DNA of 64,000 nt from Nitrospirota bacterium (GTDB lineage: Bacteria; Nitrospirota; UBA9217): NCBI GenBank assembly GCA_963740085.1, contig CAVUCU010000005.1:453731-517730 (forward strand). The letters are read 5' to 3'. Within the stretch, counting starts at the first letter, position 1; every line of letters starts with the position of its first letter. A program made the translations under genes and the position numbers. The notes below the pieces were generated by a model. It made no database searches. It was not told the DNA's origin and was given only the letters and a program-made list of their open reading frames with translations. Shown here piece by piece: positions 20,811-30,613 of the stretch.

Positions 20811-22010
20811 GAGAGTCGTCATAACGGGGCTGGGTGTTATATCTTCCATAGGTATTGGCTGGAAGGAATTCTGGGACAACTTGCTTAAGGGAAAGTCCGG
20901 CATCAGTCCCGTTACTGCCTTTGATACGACAAATCAGTTCACACATAACGGCGGTGAAGTAAAGAATTTCAGACCAGAGGCGTTCATCGAGCAGGACAAG
21001 CTCCGCACACTTAGCAGGGCATCACACATGGGGCTTGCTGCCGCTAAGCTGGCAATGGTCGACTCTAAATTATCGTCGGGCCATCTCGAATTTGAAAAGT
21101 GGCACCTGCATCGGAATAACATCGGGACCATTCAGGTCGTCGAAAACATTGATGATTATCGTGATGTTTAGAAAAGATGAATTAAAAAACAATTTAATTA
21201 CGCAACTTCCTGTTAATACTGTATCTGCATGTATCGCTAAGGAACTACATCTCGACGGGCCAAACTTCCTTTTTTCTACCGCGTGTGCAGCAGGGAATTA
21301 TGCTATAGGTTACGGCTTTGATTTAATTCGTTTAAACAAGGCAGATATAATTCTTGCGGGCGCATCTGATCCTTTTTCGAGAATATCATTCACAGGTTTC
21401 AATCAGTTTTCTGCCGTTGCCCCTGTAAAATGTCAACCCTTTGATAAGAATAGAAAAGGGATGATAGTGGCCGAAGGAGCTGGCGCACTTATTTTAGAAT
21501 CTCTTGAGAATGCAATGAAACGGCATGCTCCTATCTATGCTGAAATTTTGGGTTACGGGCTCAGTTGCGATGCTTTTCATATGACGACTTCTTCCGTTGC
21601 TGGTATAGCAGCTTGTATGAAGACCGCAATGCAAACAGCTAGTATCACGATTGAAGAAGTCGATTATATTAGTGCCCACGGAACGGGTACACCAACAAAT
21701 GATAAAAATGAATGTGCCGCCATAGAAACATCTTCGGCCGCGTTACCAAAAAGTCCCTGCGAGTGCTATCAAATCCATGCTCGGCCATACAATGGGGGCG
21801 GCATCAACTATTGAAGCAATCGCATGTGCACTTACCGTCCAAAATGATATAATGCCACCAACTATCAATTATGAAACGCCTGACCCGGAATGTGATATTG
21901 ATTGTGTTCCTAATCAATCACGAAAACATACCGTAACAATAGCATTGAATAATTCCTACGCATTTGGCGGCAACAATGCCTGTCTGGTTTTAAAAAAGCA
22001 CACCAGTTAA
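20803..22010 (+). CDS. fabF: Beta-ketoacyl-ACP synthase (FabF-like, triad intact), frameshifted
   Basis: Three ORF pieces give [43 protein letters not shown]. Confidence 0.85.
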
Positions 22011-22032
22011 GTAAGGAGATAAAGAGAAAACA

Positions 22033-22330
22033 ATGGCTGAAAAATGTGGAAAAAGCAATCGTTACGATTATTGCTGAGGTCTCTGGATTTGAAGAAAATG
22101 AGATAACGCCAGAGAAGAACTTTTTTAAAGATTTGGAAGTGGATTCTATTAAAGCTATAGAAATTACAGTTGCAATTGAAAAAAAATTAAAGATATCGGT
22201 AAGAGATGAAGATGTTCCTAAAATTGCGACTGTGAAAGAAGCCGTGGAACTAGTACATAATTTATTAAATCAAAATCGACAATCAAATCTATCAGAGACG
22301 TTGATTAAAATGGTTATGATGCGGCAATAA
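22033..22330 (+). CDS. Acyl carrier protein
   Basis: DLEVDSIKAIEITVAIEK with the phosphopantetheine Ser; ATG 22033 is out of frame across an A-run; 3' end uncertain. Confidence 0.8.
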
Positions 22331-23692
22331 GGGTATGGTATGGTTGTTCCCTGCGAAACCTTGTAAAAATATTCTTATTGTCGAACAACATACAACCGGG
22401 AGGTTATTGTACGTCTTTTAAGAGAAGAGAATTTATTTTTGATGCGGCAGCTCATTCATTTGGGAGCTATAGGATGGGAGGAAATATTATAAAGATATTA
22501 GCGTGAATTAGGTGTCGACCAACTAATTGGATAAGATGATATTAATCCTTTGATAATGTAGTTCCTGCTGAGTTTCTAATATAATTTTGTAATGATATAC
22601 AAAAAACTATTAATAATTTAATAAATATTTTTCCAGAAGAAAAGCAGAACATTGAGCGGTTATATAATTTTATATTTTGACAAAGAATTAATCAACTTGA
22701 AAGAGTGAAATTGAGAAAAAAAACATTTGCGGATTTTTTGGGAAAGTTTTTTAAAGATATACGTTTAATCAATACCCTTGCTGTACCCGTTTTTGGATAT
22801 GGAGGTTTACCCGCCATCGCTTTTGCAAGCATTTACTGGGGTAAAAATATTTAACGAATATATAATCGATGGGGGTTATTATCCTGAAGATAGCATGCAA
22901 AGTATACCGAATGCTTTGGATAAAATTGTTAGAGCAACATGAAGGAACACTTATATATAAAAGGGTTGTTGAAAAAATCATCAGTAATGATGGCAAAGCT
23001 TCGGGGGTAATATAGATAATAATCGTGCTATTGTTTCTAATCTGGTCTCTTGCGATATTACTCGACCTAAGACTGTTTATTGAGGATAAAATAATCGACG
23101 GGCCCTCGAATGATAAGCTTACAATATGATGCCTTCAATATCCACTTTTACTCTTTACATGGGAATTGCCAGGCCATTTAAGGGGCTTCCCCAAGAGGGA
23201 ACAAATACATGGTATCTTCCTTATTATGATCTAGATAAAATGTATACTTTTGTTGATAAGAGCGATTTTGACAATGTGGGTGGCTTCATGCTCAGAGTAT
23301 CTCCTGACAAAAAAACAATTTTGGCTTTTTCTCCTGCCCCATATAATACAAAATCGTTCTGGAGACAACACAAAAAAGAAATCACCCAGCTTTTCTTAAA
23401 GAGAATCGAAAAGCATATCCCAGGTCTACAAGAACATATAGCTTATCTCGATTCCGCAACTCCTTATACCCACTACAGATATACTCTTAATCTCAAAGGT
23501 GCTAATTATGGTTGGGCTGCTATAAAGTCGCAACTGTTCGATCCAGATTTTTGTCATAAATCTTTCGTTGATGGGCTATATGTGACTGGCCACTGGACCG
23601 CTCAGACTCATGGAATACCTGGAGTTGCATATTTGGGTTATAATACTGCAAAACTTATCCTTAAGCGTGAAAAAAATGACGTTTTACATTAG
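22300..23692 (+). pseudogene. Phytoene-desaturase/retinol-saturase-family FAD oxidoreductase, heavily frameshifted (or assembly errors)
   Basis: Fragments ILIVEQH..GGYCTSFKR..FIFDAAAHSFG, GGYYP, and C-terminus DSATPYTHYRYTLNLKGANYGW..GLYVTGHWT..GIPGV. 5' boundary approximate. Confidence 0.7.
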
Positions 23693-23722
23693 GGTTGTTT
23701 TTTTCGATGAAGAGGCTAGAAT

Positions 23723-25884
23723 ATGATTATGTCTAAAGAACAGTATATTAACGATAAAATTAATAAATTACCCCAATACTGGTCTAATTTGGCGGCTTTT
23801 TTTGGTGGTTTCTTTTTTGCGGGCTTATCACTTTTGGACTACATTGCTACTCCTGAAAACTTTTCCAATTTTTTAAAATATAGATTGATTGGAGTTTTTT
23901 TATTTGCGGTATATTCTTTATAATCGAATAAAGGTTGGCAAAAGGTATCAATTATCAATAATTTATTTCGGCGTTATTGTTTCGGCATGTATGATCGAGT
24001 ACATGATTATGCACTTCGGCGAACATGCTTCGCCGTATTATGCAGGTCTATTTATTCTTATTATGGTCATCGTCGGCTTTGTTCCAATTCCCTTATATCA
24101 TTCCATATATCTTTCGATGATTACTTTTTTAATTTATCTAGTACCGATATTAATTTACGATGAATCGCTTAGTTTTAAAGCATTTTAGTTCCGCTATTTT
24201 TTTTAGTTTCCACTTTTGCGATAGCCAACGTGTGGAGATATCTTAGCCAAAAAAGTCTCGTAAACGAGCTCTCCCTTCAATACGACCTTGAACAGCAAAA
24301 GAAACAGCTCGAAAGTTATTCATACCAGCTTCAGATGCGGTCGAGGAACGGACCAAGGAACTCCATGAATCTGATCAATGGCACCGGTCACTTTTTGAAA
24401 ACGCGACGGACGGGATTATTGTCATGGACCGTCACGGCATCATCGTGAACGCTAATGACAGGGCCTGCGAAATGCACGGCTTTACGCGAGAGGCGCTTGT
24501 CGGCGCCCATATAAAACTGTTGGCGGCCGACGGTGACAAGAACAACATGTTGGAGAGAATGCGCCGGATACTGGACGGTGAATCTCTTGTGTTTGAGGCC
24601 GCAAACAACAAAAAGGACGGCTCAACCGTCAATGTCGAAGTCAGTTCCAAGGCAATCAACATTGGGAACGAGCTTTTTGTACAGTCATTCTATCGTGATA
24701 TCACCGAGAAGAAGAAATTTCAGGAACACCTTATGCAGTCGCAGAAGATGGAATCCGTCGGAGTCCTCGCCGGTGGGATCGCACACGACTTTAATAATAT
24801 ATTGACCGCCATCCTTGGCCACACAGACCTCATTCGCCGGTTTGCCGTGCTGGACGAAAAGGCGACGCGCAGTCTTAACGTTATCGAAGATGCGTCGCGA
24901 AGGGCAGGAAGAATGATCTCAAAACTTCTTGGCTTTGCGCGAAAAAGCAAGTATGAGCGAACACCGATCAACCTGAACGATGTGGTGTATGAGACCATAA
25001 AACTGCTCGAGCAGGTCATCGACAAGAGCATAAACCTGAGCGTAGAACTTGACAACCGGCTTCCCCTGATCCAGGGCGACGTGAATCAGATGGAGCAGGT
25101 CATCATGAATTTCATCGTCAATGCCCGTGATGCCATGCCGAAAACGGGCGGACGCATCGTCATCCACACGCAATCCCGGACGGTCGTGAAGAGCATGCCG
25201 GATGTCCCTCCCTATGTCCCTCCCGGGGAATATGTCCAGATCAGCGTCTCTGACACCGGCGCCGGGATTCCCGAGGATATCGTGAACAAGATCTTCGAGC
25301 CTTTCTTTACCACGAAGGAGCAGGGAAAAGGAACAGGGCTCGGCCTGTCCATGGTCTACGGAGCCGTCAAAGACCATGAGGGATATCTCTCTGTTCAGAG
25401 CACGCTTGGCGTCGGGAGCGTTTTTTCCGTTTTTCTGCCCGCAGCAGCCCCTGCATCCGTTGCCGGGGCAAAGGGAGCTTTAAAGCAGGCCAGTGGAAAG
25501 GAAACCCTCCTTATTGTTGATGACGAACAGGATGTTCTTGACATCATGCGGGACGCACTGGAGAGCAGTGGGTACAAGGTGTTTGCAACCAGCGATTCTA
25601 CGGTAGCGATGGACCTCTACAGAAGGATTTTTCACGAAGTGGCGCTTGTCATATCCGACATCGTCATGCCCGGAATTGACGGAAAAGAGCTCATCCGGCA
25701 GATAAAAGCGATCAATCCCGATGTTAAAGTTCTCGCGGTTTCCGGGTATACGAGATATGTCGCGGAAAAGGACGAGATCAAAGAAATTGACGGTTTTCTT
25801 CAGAAACCCTTTGAATCGTATTATCTTCTTTCCGTGGTACGACGGATACTCGATACAAAGTCAAAAAAATTCTTACCTGTCTGA
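23723..25884 (+). CDS. Membrane-bound hybrid histidine kinase (multi-TM sensor, PAS, HisKA, HATPase, REC), frameshifted in the 5' part
   Basis: Hydrophobic ORF pieces 23723-24448 lead into PAS, GGIAHDFNN, NARDAM, GKGTGLGL and a C-terminal receiver domain. Confidence 0.85.
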
Positions 25885-26298
25885 GCAAACATCCTTCACA
25901 ACAGCGCATTATTGTATAAATCCGACTGCCCACCTGAAAGCGGGGCACCAAGCCAGCTTCGTCATGAGCTTCCCAAGCTGACTCGAGCCGCTGGACTGAG
26001 CAGCCGCAGCATCGCGCTTTATGCATAGTCTCGCACGCTAAAACCCGACATCTTGTTAATTCAGTTCATCCTGTCATTCAATCAAAGGCCCGATCATTTC
26101 TACTCATTTTGCGACAAGAAATTTTAATCCCTAGCAAACCGATGGAACATCCAGGCATTACACCCGGGCGGGAGCCATTAAATTTGTTATAATGTAACTA
26201 CTCAGGTGAATAGACTGAGGGTAGGAGTTTTTGTGTAATTCAAGTAGATACCCTTCAGCTTTCAGCCTGAATACCTACTCCGTAAGAGGGAGACATTT

Positions 26299-27810
26299 AT
26301 GGTGTCGCTGAAAAAGAGGGGGCATACTATCCTGATGATAGAGGACGACCCCGAGAGGCGCGAGCTTGTGCGCGCGGCGTTTACAAACGCAATCGGTCCT
26401 TCGCGCCTCGAATTTGTCTCCACGCCCGAGGCCGGCTTCGCGATCATGAGGCGCGAGACCGTTGATGTCCTGTTCGTCAACGAGGTCCAGAGCGGGCTTA
26501 ACGCGTCTGAATTCGTGCGCGATCTTGCCGCTACCAACCAGCAGGCCCCGGTCATCATGATGTCGCCCGATGCCGACGAGGCGGCAATCCTCCATGCGCT
26601 CCGCGGCGGCGCATCAGACTGCGTCAGCATGGACCGGAAAACCATTGCCGGCTACCCGGCAATTGCCCTGCGAGCCATCGCTCGCTCAGAGACCTTCCAG
26701 GCATATGCAGAGCATGCACTGGCGATCATCAAAAATCAGAAGCAGTGGATGTCGATCATCGACGCCATTACGGACTACATCTACGTTCTCGACAACGCGC
26801 AGAGACTTGTCAAAGTGAACAACTCCTTCGCAATGGCGATCGGCCTGCACCCGCGGGACATCGTCGGGAAGCAGCTTCAGGAGGTGTTCCATCAGGACAT
26901 TCCGAACGAGGCGGTGCTCGACGAAGTCCGCCGGGACGGCATGCCGCGGACATATGAGAAAAAGATCAATGATGATATCCATCAGGTCAGCATTTTCCCG
27001 CTGCAGGAGAACGGTCAATTCTTCACTATCCATGTGTTAAAGAACGTCACCGAGGTGCGAAGACTGAAAGACCAGCTGTACCATGCCGACAAGCTTGCGT
27101 CCATCGGCCTTCTGGTCTCCGGTGTTGCACACGAGATCAACAACCCGTTGACCGGGACGATCGCTTATACCGAACTCCTCGCCATGAAGGTGACCGATGA
27201 GGAAACCAGGGCCGAGCTGAAGAAGATCCTGGACAGCGCCGAGCGGTGCAAGAAGATCGTGGATAATCTCATGACCTTTTCCCGACAGCGAACTCCATCG
27301 AAGAGCCTTGAATCCGTCAACGACGTCATTGATCGTGCCATTGCCCTCAGAATCTACTGGCTCAAGGCCAATTCTATCGAGATCGTCAGGGACTACGATC
27401 CTGCGACAACGGTTTTTGTGGACGCACAGCAGATCCAGCAGGTGGTCCTGAATCTGCTGCTCAATGCTGAGCAGGCGATCCGTGACGCCGGACAGACGCA
27501 TGGCAAGATCGTATTCAGGTCTCGGGCCGATAAGCAGCGCCGCAGGGTCATCGTAACCGTGAGCGATAACGGCCCCGGCATATCACCGCAGATCGCAGCG
27601 AAGATCTTTGACCCCTTTTACTCGACGAAACCCGTGGGAGAAGGAACAGGGCTCGGCCTCTCCATTTCCCACGGAATCATCACCGAGCACGGCGGCACCA
27701 TCCGGTTCGAAAAAAATGAAGACGGCGGCAGTGTCTTCACGTTTGAACTGCCCACGGGTGCGGACATGCCAGCGCTGGCGCCAGCGATTCGGAAAAGCGA
27801 GAACACTTGA
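26299..27810 (+). CDS. Histidine kinase with atypical N-terminal receiver and PAS domain
   Basis: REC-like N-terminus (Asn at the usual phospho-Asp position, VLFVNE), PAS, GVAHEINNP, NAEQA, GEGTGLGL. Confidence 0.88.
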   Translation: MVSLKKRGHTILMIEDDPERRELVRAAFTNAIGPSRLEFVSTPEAGFAIMRRETVDVLFVNEVQSGLNASEFVRDLAATNQQAPVIMMSPDADEAAILHALRGGASDCVSMDRKTIAGYPAIALRAIARSETFQAYAEHALAIIKNQKQWMSIIDAITDYIYVLDNAQRLVKVNNSFAMAIGLHPRDIVGKQLQEVFHQDIPNEAVLDEVRRDGMPRTYEKKINDDIHQVSIFPLQENGQFFTIHVLKNVTEVRRLKDQLYHADKLASIGLLVSGVAHEINNPLTGTIAYTELLAMKVTDEETRAELKKILDSAERCKKIVDNLMTFSRQRTPSKSLESVNDVIDRAIALRIYWLKANSIEIVRDYDPATTVFVDAQQIQQVVLNLLLNAEQAIRDAGQTHGKIVFRSRADKQRRRVIVTVSDNGPGISPQIAAKIFDPFYSTKPVGEGTGLGLSISHGIITEHGGTIRFEKNEDGGSVFTFELPTGADMPALAPAIRKSENT

Positions 27811-28001
27811 CACAAGGGACCGGGTCCGCCGGCAAAGAAGAAAGCTCTCGGTTCCTTGCCGGAGATGTCAAAAAAGTTGGCTTATCCGCGCATGTCCGTT
27901 TTCATTTATACGCCTATTGTCGCTTGTCGGGTTGTAGAATATCAGGGTGGGAATTTTCAGCTTTCACTTCTGTATACGGAAGGCGTGGCGAGTTCTTAAC
28001 C

Positions 28002-29453
28002 TTATTTCTTCTGTGCGTTAATGCCCATTTTTTTCATCTTCTCGAGCAGGGTCGTCCGGTTGAGTTTGAGCAACTGGGCTGCCTTGCTTCTCACACCCCT
28101 GGCTTTTTCGAGGGCCTGCATGATCAGTCTCCGCTCCAGGTTGCTCACCGTCTTATTGAGGTCGATCCCGCCCTCGCCGAATTCCATCTCGCCTTGTTCC
28201 AGCGGCGCGGGCATGGACACCGGTGCGGCCCGGCCCGCCTGCCTGATGTCGCCTCCCGCCCGCTCCGTGTCCGCGAAGGTCAGCTGCTGGAACTTCTCGG
28301 GAAGGTCCGCTACGGTCACGACCTTATTGCTCACAAGGATGGTAAGGCGCTCGATAAGGTTCTCAAGCTCCCGAACATTCCCCGGCCACTGGTATTTCAG
28401 CAAACAGTGCATCGCGTCGTCTGAAAACGTAAAGGCCTCGCGCTTTCTCTTTCGGGAGAATTCCTGGATAAAGTGGGCGGTCAGGAGGACGATGTCTTCA
28501 ACCCGCTGACGGAGCGGCGGCAGGTGGAGCGGTATTACATTCAGGCGATAGAAGAGATCTTCCCGAAACTTTCCCTCCTTCGTGACCTTCTCCAGGTCCT
28601 TGTTTGTAGCTGCAAGGATCCGCACGTCCACTTTGATCGTCTTGACGCCGCCAACTCGCTCGAACTCCCGCTCCTGCAGTATCCGCAGCAGTTTGACCTG
28701 AAGCGAGGGGTCGAGCTCGCCCACTTCGTCGAGAAGGAGCGTCCCGCCCTGCGCCAGCTCGAAGCGGCCGATCCGGGTATTGATCGCGCCGGTGAAGGCG
28801 CCCTTCTCATGACCGAAGAGCTCGGACTCAAGAAGATCTTTGGGGATCGCGGAGCAGTTCAGAGGCACAAAGGGCCCGCTGGCTCGCGATAGATTGTTAT
28901 AGTGGATGGTCTTGGCAATAAGTTCCTTGCCCGTCCCGCTCTCTCCGGTAATGAGGACCGTGCTGTCAGTGTCAGCGATCTTTTCGATCAATTCGTAGAC
29001 CGTCTGCATGGCAGGAGAATCTCCGACGAGCCCCTCGAAGTTGTACTTGTTCTTGAGCTGCATCTTGAGCATTATGTTCTCTTTTTGGAGTTTCGCAACA
29101 GAAAGCGCCTTGTCGAGGACGATCATGAGCTCTTCGAGATTGAACGGTTTGGTTATGTAGTCGAAGGCGCCGATCCGCATGGCCTCAACAGCGGTCTGTA
29201 CGGTGCCGAAGGCCGTCATGACAACAACGGGGACGGCGATCTTTAACGCAACGACTTCCTTCAACACCTCCATCCCGCTGATACCGGGCATCACGAGATC
29301 GGTAAAGATGAGATCGAACTTCTCCGCCCGCAACAGATCAAGCCCCATCTCGCCATTCTGAGCAAGCGTTATCTCGAACCCTTTTTGCCCGAGAAAGGTA
29401 CGGAGCACATCTCGAACGGTTTCATCATCTTCTATGACTAAGACTCTCTTCAT
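28002..29453 (-). CDS. Sigma-54-dependent response regulator (NtrC family, FleQ/FgrM-like)
   Basis: REC domain, GESGTGKE, GAFTGA, WPGNVRELEN, C-terminal Fis HTH AAQLLKLNRTTLLEKMKK. Start set at MKRVLV. Confidence 0.92.
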   Translation of the reverse strand: MKRVLVIEDDETVRDVLRTFLGQKGFEITLAQNGEMGLDLLRAEKFDLIFTDLVMPGISGMEVLKEVVALKIAVPVVVMTAFGTVQTAVEAMRIGAFDYITKPFNLEELMIVLDKALSVAKLQKENIMLKMQLKNKYNFEGLVGDSPAMQTVYELIEKIADTDSTVLITGESGTGKELIAKTIHYNNLSRASGPFVPLNCSAIPKDLLESELFGHEKGAFTGAINTRIGRFELAQGGTLLLDEVGELDPSLQVKLLRILQEREFERVGGVKTIKVDVRILAATNKDLEKVTKEGKFREDLFYRLNVIPLHLPPLRQRVEDIVLLTAHFIQEFSRKRKREAFTFSDDAMHCLLKYQWPGNVRELENLIERLTILVSNKVVTVADLPEKFQQLTFADTERAGGDIRQAGRAAPVSMPAPLEQGEMEFGEGGIDLNKTVSNLERRLIMQALEKARGVRSKAAQLLKLNRTTLLEKMKKMGINAQKK

Positions 29454-29489
29454 AGCGTATGGATGAAACATATCAGAATCCCCTATTAC

Positions 29490-29505
29490 TGTCAACCTGT
29501 TGACA
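29490..29505. promoter_or_regulatory. Palindromic enhancer-binding-protein site (FleQ-box-like)
   Basis: TGTCAA-CCTG-TTGACA between the divergent regulator and the FleN-like gene. Confidence 0.5.
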
Positions 29506-29620
29506 CTCGTTTTGGCCTGCAACCGTCACATTTCCTGAATATTGGTCGTATACACTGATAACGCAGCCATTAATCTGACATTATTAAAACCAAACTCACT
29601 ATTCTTCAATGTGTTGCAGT

Positions 29621-29637
29621 AGGCACAATTCTTGAAT
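29621..29637 (+). promoter_or_regulatory. Possible sigma-54 -24/-12 promoter
   Basis: AGGCACAATTCTTGAAT versus consensus TGGCAC-N5-TTGC; the -12 GC is GA. Confidence 0.35.
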
Positions 29638-29731
29638 AAATATGATTATAGGTGCCGGGGATCTCTGCAAAGACCTTCATGCTCTCTTCGGTAAATTAGG
29701 CTGAATCGATATCATCAACAAGGTGTTATTC

Positions 29732-30535
29732 ATGCGCGCACAAAAATTCTTAAAAACTATCACCATTGCAAGCGGCCAGGTCGGCGTGGGCAAGACCACG
29801 GTGGCTGCGAATCTCGCAATTGCCATGAACAAGCTCGGCAGGAGGGTAATGTTCATGGACTCAGATTTCGGTTTGCGAAATATCGAGGCGCTGCCTCATG
29901 TTCCGCCGAAATACCACATGCAACACCGGAACACTGCGCCTTCAAAGGATATTACTGTGAAAGGTTCGGAAAGTATCAATATCCTTTCCCCCGGCCATGC
30001 GGAGCTCACAGAACTCCAGCGTCTCAATATCCTGAACGCCGTTGACGGTTGCACCAGCGATATTGACGTCCTTCTCATTGACACAGCATCGGGGATACCG
30101 GAAAATATCGCTTTCTTCTGCAGCGCTGCACAGGAGATCATCCTCCTCACCTCTCCCGAGCACACGTCCATCGCCGATGCAGCCGCGCTCATCGATGTAC
30201 TGTACAGCAGATACCAGGAAAAGCAGTTCCATGTGCTCGTCTATTATGCGAAGAACGACGAAGAAGCGCTTGAAGTTTTCAGGCGCCTCTCGCTCGCGAC
30301 AGAGCCGTGCCCGAGCATATCCCTTGACTACCTCGGAAATCTCCCTTGTGACGAGGCCGTCCAGATGGCCGTTCAAGCACAGCAGGCCTTCCTGGACCTC
30401 TATCCCCGATGCCCTGCTTCGCGGAGGATCATCGAGATCGGCAAAAAGATCCTGACAAGCAGGGACAAGATCAAAGGAACGCTTCAATTCTGCATCGGAC
30501 AACTCTTAACAACGTCATCCGGTTCACACCGGTGA
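29732..30535 (+). CDS. MinD/ParA-family ATPase, FlhG/FleN-like, divergent
   Basis: ITIASGQVGVGKTTVAANLAIAM, DSDFGLRNI, LLIDTASGI, SPEHTSIADA. Confidence 0.82.
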   Translation: MRAQKFLKTITIASGQVGVGKTTVAANLAIAMNKLGRRVMFMDSDFGLRNIEALPHVPPKYHMQHRNTAPSKDITVKGSESINILSPGHAELTELQRLNILNAVDGCTSDIDVLLIDTASGIPENIAFFCSAAQEIILLTSPEHTSIADAAALIDVLYSRYQEKQFHVLVYYAKNDEEALEVFRRLSLATEPCPSISLDYLGNLPCDEAVQMAVQAQQAFLDLYPRCPASRRIIEIGKKILTSRDKIKGTLQFCIGQLLTTSSGSHR

Positions 30536-30613
30536 GTCGTCCGTTTCTGTTTTTTTACAGATTGGTTGCTTCGGGAGAGGGCTTGTCCAGGTCAGCAGGG
30601 AAGGAAAGGGCTC

